A DNA stretch of 64,000 nucleotides, taken from positions 435,803 to 499,802 of the forward strand of contig ML996687.1 in NCBI GenBank assembly GCA_010356995.1, given 5' to 3'. Made by a program: the position numbers and the translations under genes. The notes under the pieces are model-generated. The model was given only the letters and a program-made list of their open reading frames with translations, was not told the DNA's origin and searched no databases. The number at the start of each line of letters is the position of its first letter. Position 1 is the stretch's first letter. Positions 25,862-36,700 of the stretch are shown piece after piece. Source of the stretch: Trichodelitschia bisporula (lineage: Eukaryota).

Positions 25862-26341
25862 CTACTTCCTAAACCCGCCAACCTTCTTCACAATCTTCGA
25901 AACAGGCGGGCCCTCAAGCTTGCCCGACAAGCCCTCCTGTGTAGCCTTCTTGAACCACTCGCTATTGCGATGCTCCTCAACGGCCGCTGCATCCTTGAAC
26001 CTGTACAGAAACACCCATCAGCTCCGCCAACACAATTTCCAAGCTCGAACATAGGTGCGGGGAGGGGGCGGTTAGAGGCGAAAGCGGAGTCGGGAGCTGG
26101 CAAACTCACGTCTCGACGAGCAAGTACGTTCCCTCATCCTCGTTGTAGTACATCTCGTAGCCGAGGCACCCCGGCTCGCCACTCTCCATCAGCGAACCCA
26201 GTGTCTTGAGGCCCTCCTCGACCTTCACAGCGTCAGCATCGCCACATAACCGCCAAAAGTTGAAGCGTAAAGCTGACGTACCTCCTCCTTCTTCCCCTCC
26301 GCCGGCTTGAGCGTAACAAGGGCAGTAATAGTGTCAGACAT
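25862..26341 (-). CDS. Small ABM (antibiotic biosynthesis monooxygenase / dimeric alpha-beta barrel) domain protein, 103 aa, 3 exons
   Basis: Exons 26341-26282, 26222-26110, 26000-25862 give MSDTITALVTLKPAEGKKEEVEEGLKTL...EPGCLGYEMY...YLLVETFKDAAAVEEHRNSEWF. Canonical GT-AG introns. Confidence 0.85.
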
Positions 26342-26976
26342 GCTGTATCAAAAAGCTATCAGAATCTCGAGTCAAAGTGTGTTCAACTGACAATGGAATG
26401 ACCTCCTCCCATGCGGGTGCCTGCCTGATATGTATACTCAACCCCGCACTCACATGCCGGCCATCAAGCCCCCCTCAACTCTGATATTGCCTACCAATGT
26501 TACCCCGACCTTCTGCAATATGCACGCCCTCGCAAGGTACGGTGTGAGATTTCCAGCGAGACTGTCATTGGCATACCGCTACTCCCCCGCGTGCCCGGGA
26601 CGTGGGAGCTGAATGGAAGAATACGAGGCTGCGGCTTGGCGCGGCGTGAGGATTGGCGGGTGGGATTAAAGAATGACGGCATGGGTGACAAGTGGCATGC
26701 CTTATATAGCAAAAAGGGCGCTCGACAGCTGACAGCGTTCCTGTGGGAACGATAACCGCAGCACTACTCGTGTTAGCTAAGCCAAATTGCAGTTGCCTCT
26801 ACGCAAGGCGTGTCGGTTACAAGTTGCGCAGTTACATGACAGTGGAAGTTCCTACACCAAATGCATCACTCAAGCAGCTCAAAAATCAGTTCAAAAGCAG
26901 CCTGGGATATCGACAAACGGCTATGACAACATCGCCAAACCATTGAAGCAACTAAACCACTGCGAAGCGCTAGGTT

Positions 26977-28783
26977 CTACACGTCAACTAGATTCTCCTC
27001 CGCCGGTGGCGCCGGAGCAGCCGGCTCCTCATCATCGTTATCTTGCGAGCCCTTACCACCACGCCGCTGGTAATACTGGTCGAGAATTTTGGCGGGAATG
27101 CGGTTGAGCAGCTCCTTGGGGTAGATGCGCAGAAGGCTCCAGGCGAGGTCGAGCGAGTCGAAGATCGAGCGCGCGTCATAAGCGCTCTGTGCGATAAATG
27201 TGCGCTCAAACTTGTCCAGGAACTCGAGTGACAGCTTGTCTTCGGAACTCAACGCCTCTTCACCAACCACAGCCTTCATGGCCGCCGCATCACGTCCAAT
27301 GGCGTACTTGGCGTATAGCTGGTTCGACACATCGCCGTGATCCTTACGGGTGTGTTTCTCACCGATGGCCGACTTCATCAGACGTGATAGCGAGGGAAGC
27401 ACATTGATGGGCGGGTAGATACCCTTGTTGTGCAGCTGGCGATCAACGTAGATCTGACCCTCGGTAATGTAGCCCGTCAAATCAGGGATAGGGTGAGTAA
27501 TGTCTAAAATGTCAGGCGGAGTTGAACCGTAGAGGGACCACATACCATCGTTCGGCATAGTCAAGATCGGAATCTGCGTAATCGATCCGTTTCGGCCCTC
27601 CACACGTCCGGCACGCTCGTAAATCGTGGACAAATCCGTGTACATGTAACCGGGGTAACCGCGGCGACCGGGCACTTCCTCACGGGCGGCGGACACCTCA
27701 CGCAGGGCGTCGCAGTACGACGACATGTCGGTGAGAATGACAAGAACGTGCTTCTCGAGCTGGTAGGCGTAGTACTCGGCCGTGGTGAGAGCCAAACGGG
27801 GAGTGATGATGCGCTCGATCGTGGGATCGTTGGCCAAATTCAAGAAGAGGGTGACGCGCCCCATACTGCCGTTCTCCTCAAAGTCGCGCGTGAAGAAGCG
27901 ACTGGTTTCCAAGTTCACACCCATAGCACCAAACACAATAGAGAAGTTGTCTTCGTGGTCGTCGTGGATGCCCTTTGTGGGCTTGACCAAGCTCGCCTGC
28001 CGACAGATTTGTGCAGCGATTTCATTGTGCGGGAGACCGGCAGCGGAGAAGATGGGAATTTTCTGACCGCGGGCAATAGAGTTCATGGTGTCGATGGCGG
28101 AGATGCCGGTGGAGATCATTTCTTCGGGATACACCTGGTGGTGTCAGTGCAGAGCGCGGCGCGTAGGAGCACATACCCGCGAGTACGGGTTGATGGGACT
28201 GCCATTGATGTCAAGGTAGTCCTCAGCCAGCACCTTAGGGCCTTTATCGATGGCACGACCCGAACCGTCGAATATACGACCCAACATGTCTTCGGAGACA
28301 CCGAGCTTCAGGCTGGAGCCCGAGAACTCAACCTTGGTCTGCAGTGTGTAAGCGGGGCTACAGGCAGCTATGCGATCGAGAACGGTACCTTTTTGACATC
28401 GATGCCCGAGGTCCCTTCAAAGACCTTTGTAAATTAGCGGCTTGCAAACTTTGCAACTCTGGTGCATGTGTACCTGCACAACGGCACGATTTCCTCAGAA
28501 ATGTCAGCAAGGATGTTCTTAGGGCGAAGGCAGCCATACCGCGAGCTTCCAAAACCTGGCCGGACCGTTCGGTGCCATCCGGGAGGGTGAGGGACACGAT
28601 CTCGTTGAATCGAGGAAACTTGACCTGCATAAAATGTGAGATAGGTGACGACAAACAGATGGCATCATGAGAGCTAACATTCTCCAAGATCACCAATGGA
28701 CCATTGACGCCTCCGATAGTGTTATACCGCAATCGGGGTTGGACCTTGGACATGCGCGGATCTTCCGTGGCCGCCGGCGCCAT
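26977..28783 (-). CDS. VMA2: Vacuolar H+-ATPase V1 subunit B
   Basis: [59 protein letters not shown]. Six short introns, including 28494-28539, 28425-28473, 28339-28388, 28135-28176, 27504-27545. Confidence 0.97.
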
Positions 28784-31032
28784 GACTAACAGATTACAAG
28801 ACAAGCTGCGGGGAGTAGGTGAGGTCTACTGCTGCAATAATCGGTAGCGGGGCAGGATGATGGGAGAGTTGGACGTCGGTTACGTAGGAAGACGCTCTCT
28901 CAAGGATGAGGGGGAAGCTCTTTGGGGTGGACCAAGCTCCAAGAGGGCAAGGTTCACGTCGCTGCATCAATGTTCCGCCGGCCTTGGCCAAGAGAAACTG
29001 ACCAGCCCCGCGATAAGGTGCGTGACTTTGGACCTTGGAGCCTTGCAGCCTTGAAGCCTTGGAGGGACACGATATTTGTGGGGGAGGGGCGTGGGATGGT
29101 CGATGCAATGAGATGCTCGCTGAAGAGATGGAGGGGAAGGAGGACTGCATGCTACGTACAGTATGGATGTGCGGTTTGGCTGCAGCAGCTTGCCAGTGGC
29201 TGCAGCAAGATGAGGGGCAGTACGGATGTAACCAGCAGTCAGATTTGCGGCTTTTGAGATTTCTCGTTTGATCTCTTTTGCGACAACAAAAGTTGTGCTG
29301 ATCAATAAGAGCCGACCTTGAAGTTCAAGATGTTGGAAGCTCTTGGATTTCTGTCCCATTAATCTCCTCAACGCATCCATTGAACCTCGTTGCCTTCAAA
29401 GGACGAAACCGCATTCGATGAAAGACTACATCATCGCTCCTCTTACCATCTCCATCGGACAACACCGTATGCACTGCACAGTTTTTCAGTCTGTACCACC
29501 ACCCATTCACACATGATCGAACTGAACAACTGCCCAAAAACCCCAAGGGTAAAATGCGGGACGACAGCGATGTGGTCACGTTGGCGGTTGAACGTGTTGG
29601 CATTGCCGGGAGGGCAGCGATAATTGGCTGGTGAGGACGACTTTTGCAGTTGGGAGAACGTGGAGGAGGTATCTCGACTACCGACTTTCGCTCTCCCTTT
29701 TCATGACTCTTCCACTGCCTCGAGATAGAGTGCACAACAGAAGCAAAAAGACCAGCCTCGAGCCTCTGCAATCCCCGTGTTTAGGCCATACTCGCCGTAC
29801 ATAAAGAAAAGGGAGAGGAGACTGGGAGAGTACGTCGCGTTCTCGTCACCTCGTTGGGTGGAACGTATCAAGTAGAGCTCCTGAGCCACGCCACCAACCC
29901 CCAAAGAAGCTAGTTTAATCGCGGAAATATCCGAATTCGTCATGTTTTGTCCGATTGTTGCACTGAGCTACACCACATGTGGTGATATTTAGGGCCTTAG
30001 GTGATTGCTTGGGAGGCAGGGCGGGGGCCGCCCCCCCCGACTTTCTTCCCGGGGGGGGGTGGAGAGGGTAATGAAGTTGGAAGAAGAGAGGGAAAAGTGT
30101 AGGAGTAGTTCTAGTGAGCGGCGCTGCACACCACCTGCAAACCACCATCTCCAAACCCACAACCCCCCCCAAACTTCACACCATCACCTACACCACCACC
30201 ATCGCCATCACCCCTCCCACTTCACGCGAACTCTCTTCTCCTCCAAAACTACTCTTCAGTGGTCGCTACTATTCCGCCGCACGCAGTCTGGCCTCCTCAT
30301 CCGTCTCCTCGTCATCCCGCCCCATAACTCGTCGCGAATCCTCTCCCATCTCAGCCAGGTTCGCGACAACTCACATCTCGCTTTTCCAACCCCCCGTCAT
30401 GTCACTCTCTCGACCTCTCACCACTCTCTAAATATCTCTAACCTACATCTTGCTATCACCCACTGTCAACAGATGCAACCACAAATACGTCGCTTTTCAT
30501 CTGGAAATATATAAACGCCCACTTTGTCCCGCATGGTAATGCGCCTTGATTCCGCGACTTGACCCTTGATCTAGGCCTGTCGTCGCCTTCCCTCGCCTAT
30601 CACCTTCCCTCGACTCTCAACTCCCTCGTTGTAACGCGTCGATCCAACCACAGCGCGACAGCCGCATTTTTTCCGACGCCGTCCAGACCGTCCCATCTCC
30701 CGCGACATAACGTATTCCGTCCTTCATTCGCGTGCGCATCCGCTCCGCTGCGTCGAATAACGCCGTGTGCCATCGCCGGTCCCGCGTCCTCTGAACAGGA
30801 CCCTTGGGTTTTCTTATTACGCGACGGTCTCGAGGCGCGTTATTCATGCTCAAAGACCTGCACCGCTCGCTCCTTCAGCCCACCATCTCCATAAACTGCA
30901 CAAAGACCTACAGCTGTTGAAGCGCACCGTATTCGAAGCCCAGAGGCCCGGCTCGGCGGAAAAGCTGAGGCCGCAAGCCTCGCAACGCGTGGGTGGACCG
31001 GAGAGTTTAGCTGGCGCGCAGCTCCATTCAAA

Positions 31033-33760
31033 ATGATGAGCACATACGCGCCTCATGGTGGAGGTATCCAGCACCCCGGGATGCCTCACGGGCAGCCCAT
31101 GGGGCCAGGCCAAGTTCCGCATCCGGGGCAAATGGGTCAACCCATGATGCACCCTGGTGTATCTGGGCCGGGTGGCGCACACGTTGCTCAAGCGGGAGTG
31201 GGTCCTATGATGGGTGGCATGCAGCCGGGAATGGGAGGACCTGGAGCTCCCAGTTCACACGCCATGTCACATCTGGCACCGAACCCGATGATGGCTCCTC
31301 AAATCCAGCAGCAAAGTAAGTTTCCCTAGAAAACCCCTCATTGTCTCTGTCGTAACCGATCCAACATCGGTGCAGCCCAGGGAAGATTGCTTATAGGTGG
31401 AAACTATTCTTTGAGAGTTCAGCGGGCTAATCAGGCTTGCGCAGTGAACATGAATCCCGCCTTAATGGCACAGTACCGTAGTCGCATGCAACAGCAAGCC
31501 TTCATGGCGCAGCAGCAACAGCAGCAGCAGCACCATCTACAAAACCAGATGCAGATGCAGCATGCGCAAGGCGGCATGATGTTCCAGAACCCTGCGAACC
31601 AGGGCATGAATCCACAGCAATTGCAGCAACTTCAAGCCAACGGAGGGCATATGAATCCCGTACATCTACCTCCCCACCTGCAACAGCAACTTCAGCAGCA
31701 GAATATGATCAGCCAGCAGCAAAGATCAATGGCTGCGCAACAACATCTCCACCAACAGCAACAGCACCATCTGTCTCAGCAGCAGCAGCTTGCGATGCAG
31801 CATGCTGCATCTCAGTCTAGTAATCCAGGTCAACCGACCCCCACGAGTACTCCCCAGCAGGGCCAGCAAGGCCCTGGCCGGCCACCTACCGCGATGGGGA
31901 CGCCTGCCAGCATGGAACCGCAGACATCACCGGCTGCCACGCCGGGTCAGCAGCAAGGCCCGCAGCCATCTCAGCAACAACAACAACCTCCGCAACCTCC
32001 TGTATCTAATCCGCAAATAGCCCAGTCTCAGACGCAAGCCGTCCCTCCGCAGCAATCGCAGCAAGCGCAACAAGCGCAACAACAAGCTCAGCAGCAGGCG
32101 CAACAGCAGGCTCAGCAGCAAGCCCAGCAGCAGCAGGCGAGTCAGGCCCAGCAAGCATCTCAGCAACAACAGGCCCAGCAGCAACAGGCGCAACAGCAGC
32201 AGGCGCAACAGCAACAGGCACAGCACCAGCACCAGCACCAGCACCAGCAACAAGCGCAGCAGCAAGCGCAGCAGCAGCAAGCGCAGCAGCAGCAAGCGCA
32301 GCAGCAGCAAGCGCAGCAGCAGCAAGCTCAACAACAGCATGTTCAGCAGCAGCGTAACATGGTGATGCAGGCACAACACAACTCTCTCCAGCAAAGACAG
32401 CGCGCCATGATGCAGCAGCAAAGCCAATTATCAAATGGCAAAACGCTTCTCAAAATTTTCAACTTTGCCGACAGGTTGGGATCCTTCTGCGCCGACCAGG
32501 CGACAAACGATATCAACTACTGGAGGACGTTTGTCAACAATCACTTCACCAGCAGTGGCGTTTTGCGCGTCGTGCTACGGACTGACAAAGAATCGAAGAC
32601 GTTCGAGATTGGCGCAGCCTCACTACCCCGGTACTACTGGACCCACTTTGACGGCGATGTCAATCAAATACAGCTGGTGCTTGATGGGACCACGGAGAGG
32701 CCCATAAATGAACAATATCATATTGCATCAACAGATCGTGCACGCATGCTCTACTGGTTCAGAGACGGTACCCAGGTATGTACTTAAAAAAGTAGTTTGC
32801 GGCAGCTCCTTAACGTCACTAGGTCATTTGGCACGGCCGGCTTGTAGCAATATACTCCGGCGATAAGATGGAGAGCCTTCAGTTCGAGACAAGAGAGCAC
32901 CAGGAGTTCATCCCTCGGTCCAAGCTGGAGGAGCTCTGCATCAAGGCTTCTCCGGACCAAAACAAGTCACCGCGCATGACCAAGTCCGCCGGAAAGGCGC
33001 GCAATGCGCGACAACAGCCCCAGGCCGACCCTGCCTTTGAGCTTCGGCACCTCCCTAAGCCACCTGTGACCGACCTGGGCGTCACCCCACGGATTCAGGG
33101 TTTCCTTGAGGTTTGTTTGCGTCTTGTACATTGAATGTTGCTGACTGGGGCCAGCTGATCGAAACCCTGTCATTGATGCGGGATTTGATGTACTACACTC
33201 AATCCCACCCTCATCTCACGGTCACGCAAGCATTGTCCTCGCTCGTCGAATCATATCCCCCACTTCCGGCGCAGGCCAACCCCCACATGCAACAGCAGCC
33301 GCAACAGGGCCAGCAAATTGGCTACGCACCTAACGGTCTACCGGAGCAGTTCCAGCAATTTCAACCTGGTGCACGCATGCCCCACTCGCAAGCCATGGGC
33401 CGCCACCCGAGCGAGGGCTTCGTTATGTCGCCCGCCATGCAGTCGTCACTGCTTCCCGGCAGCCAGGCTAACGGGTCGCCGCACATGGGGCAGATGGGCC
33501 TCGCAAACGCGCACACGCCGTCTCCGGCGCACGTGCACATGGCGCCACCGATGGTAGCCCAGGTCAGCCAACAAGGAAGTACGACGGGCGCAAGTTCAAA
33601 CACGAGTCCCAGCGGTGGAGCCGGAGGTGTGAAGCGGAGACGGAGTACAGCACAGGTGACGAAGATGGAGCCGGATGAGAATAATGAAGTCAACGGTGTG
33701 ATGCCGAAAGTCAAGCCCAGTCCGAGGATGAACAACCACAAACGATTAAAGGGTTCATAA
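31033..33760 (+). CDS. ptaB: LIM-domain-binding (LDB1/SEUSS/Mfg1-like) transcriptional co-regulator PtaB with polyQ tract
   Basis: Q/P/M-rich N-terminus; LIM-bind-like core INYWRTFVNNHFTSSG...KTFEI...LPRYYWTHF; HQEFIPR; C-terminal KRRRS NLS. Introns 31316-31444, 32776-32822, 33111-33154. Confidence 0.85.
32050..32352 (+). repeat. Coding low-complexity polyQ/A tract with (CAGCAC)n and (CAAGCGCAGCAGCAG)n sub-arrays
   Basis: Directly visible; encodes QAQQQQ and HQHQHQ repeats. Confidence 0.95.
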
Positions 33761-36700
33761 GAAGCAGGCTTGTTGGCTGCATAAACTTCCCCAGCATTGC
33801 CGCCCTGCGTTTGCCGAGTTCGCCGGGCGCACGGGCACGCGACTGAGTTTCGGTGTTTGGTTTTATTGGGACGAGAAACGTGGGTAAGTGGGCATGCAGC
33901 TGGCTCGGGCGGCGGTGAATATCTTTTGGGCCCGGCTGGCGAGCATGGAGCGTGGCGCAGCTTTTATCACTGCTGCTTCTCCTACTGCCCTCCCCCACAC
34001 TCGAAGTGGTTCGACTTTTTTTTTATGTTCGCGTCTAGGAGTTCAGTGTTGGTCTCACGCAAGCGGGCGAGGAGTTCATGGGTTATTCCGCGTATCGATA
34101 CTGGAGTGTCTGATTTTTTGCGCAAGGGAAAGAGTCTGGGGATGGGGTTCGGGGGTGATAGGTGTAGGGGGGTAACTAACCAGGGAAAGGGAACGAAGGG
34201 GTTATTCAGGGGAGGGGAGTGTGGGGAATTCTACTTGTATCTTGATCTTTGGGCTTTGAAGGATGGTAGAGACGGGCTCGGCTTTGCGACCTCCGGTGTG
34301 GGGAGCGGGGGAACGGGGGGACGTTATACTCCGTGCATAATTCTTGATATTCGCCTTCTTGTCATCGCTGAGATGTGGTGGTCTCGCTTCCGTTTTTGTC
34401 CCCTTTTCCTCTCCCCAGCATATGCGGTGTGTGGTTTCTTCATGCTCCGCTTGAGCTTCTTTCGTGTGTCTGCGATCTTCGCTTGTTTACGGTCAGGATA
34501 CGAGCGACGGCGTTTTTCTCTGTTTCTTGTGTGTAGTTTCTTGGACTCGGAGTGAGGAGAAGGTGGATGACGCGGCCACGACGTTGGGCGTGGGGAGGAA
34601 GCCAGCGGAGGGCGGTACGGTAGAGGCCGCTTCCCTGGAGAAAAGGACGCGGGACGCGGGGAGCGGGAAAAGCCCGAGATCGAGGATCGAGGCACGTGTA
34701 TCAATAGTTCTATTTTCAAATGAAGCATTCCATATTTGAACCATGACTGTTCACTGACCCTTTTTTTCCATTCTGTTGTGTGGACGTCGGAGAGTTGATG
34801 TCACTCCGGCGCCGATCTACATTCCCCGTCTCCCATGTCTCGGATTCCCCGAATGCCGGATCGGGATGCCGATGGGCCGGGCCGGCGCGTGGGGGCCGCC
34901 ACATGCGGGTTCCGTCTGGCTGGGGGGCTTTGTTGGAGGAGTGGAGGGGCCTGGAATGGGGCTGGACTGGAATGCCATAGTACGCGGTATGTCGACGGGC
35001 CTGTCCAAGGGACTGAGCATAGCAGACGCGCTGTTGCCTCACGAGATGAGCCGGGAGAGCCCATTTGATGTAGTCATAATCCGTAGGGAAGGAGCTTCCA
35101 TATCACTGGAAGGAACGGCCGTATAGTAGTTCTACTCTTTCGGAAGGGATATCTTCAACCTGGGAAGTAGCGGGGAAGATAATAGAAGGAGCCCCGGGGG
35201 ATAGACCGACGAGTATACGGTATCTAGATATGAGCGGCTCTGCCACTCCGCTTCTGCTTCCCCCTTTCCTCCTCGTCTTTCTTTCATGCTTTCACACTGC
35301 ACTCGTTGCCGTAGCACGTACCTAGGGTTTACATCGGCGATGACTGAAATTCCTTAAGCCACATGGCGGCGATAGGCATACGGTATTTCCCTCAAACCTT
35401 CTCTCTCCCGCAGAGGCCGCCCCCTCAGATTGCGATTCACAAAGATTGGTCTGGCCATCTACGGCCAGTAACGACCATTCGAACCCACGTGCGGATTCTG
35501 GAGGGAGGGGGGGGGGGGCAGGCAAGCTGGAAAATGAAGGGTCGATGAAGCCGGAATGCCATGAAGCGGCAACGGGCACGCGCCTTCTCTCGACCGCACA
35601 CTTCGTTGGCTAGGAAGGGACATTTCACCCAGCGCTCGAACTCCGCAGCACAGATGCCTCGAGCAAATACACCGTCCCTACTACCGGTACCGCCTCCTCA
35701 CCCCCTATCTCAACGCCAGCTCAGTGCCACACTGCCTCGCACCCCGTATTTCTCGCCAAAGCCAGCATGAAAACCTCGCTACTATCGTTCAAACAGCGTA
35801 TGCCGAACACTCCGCACCGCCAGAGGCGAGCTCCGAAGCTTCGCAACCAAATCCCACGGGATATACACGTTCAACGCGAAGCTTCCGCTACCCCGGCCGC
35901 ACCAGCAGTGAGTCCAACCCCGATCTCACACCTAGATCTCGCTTCCCGCTGCAATCGGGTCCCCCTCCGCCTCGCTCCGCGCCGCGCCTAGTGCCCCCGT
36001 CGCAGCACCCTGTCCGTTGACGGCTAGCAGCTGCGTCTGCAGGTTCAGACCCGGTATACAAAGGAGCGTATCGCTCGCGTGATCCTTCCCGAAGGGGGAT
36101 ATAAAACATACCACAGGATCAGGGGCGCCGTGTGGCCTGCCGGGAGGTGAGGTGTTTCGACATCGCGCCATGTCGGGCTACATGACGTTCGCGCGGATGT
36201 CTGCTACTCGTTCGTCCGTAGCGCCTTGCGCGTGGCGGTCGCATGTCGGACGACGTTGCTGCGACCTTTGAGGCGGAGAACGACGCGCGAAGGGGGACCC
36301 GTGAGGCTGAGATGGTTCCGCTGGGACGTTGGGCTCCGGGGGCGTGGAATGCGGCTATATGTGCCGTTGACGCGCCGGGTGTCTGTCCGCGACATGACTC
36401 CCGCGGATCCGGGGACTAGACTGGTCTTAGATACGATAGTGACAAAGGTCCTGAGGGCGAAGGCATAGCTTCTAAGCTAGTCCTAGGCATGCAGTCAACG
36501 CCTCGGTGCCGACGTGGTGTCGTTGGAGGATTACGAGGCGAGCGCCAGCGACACAACCCGGAGCCGAGCAGCCGTTCCATTCCAGCGCAGAGTCACCGCA
36601 GTCCCCTACACAGTCAACATCGGGCAAAACTCTCCTCAACTAAAATAGCATCCGGCGGACAAGCCTGCTCCACCCGAGCCGAATGCGAAGCAGCAGCGCA

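Noticed and set aside
31927..32434. Poly-Leu and poly-Ala antisense ORFs
   Set aside because: These are reverse-complement readings of the polyQ tract.
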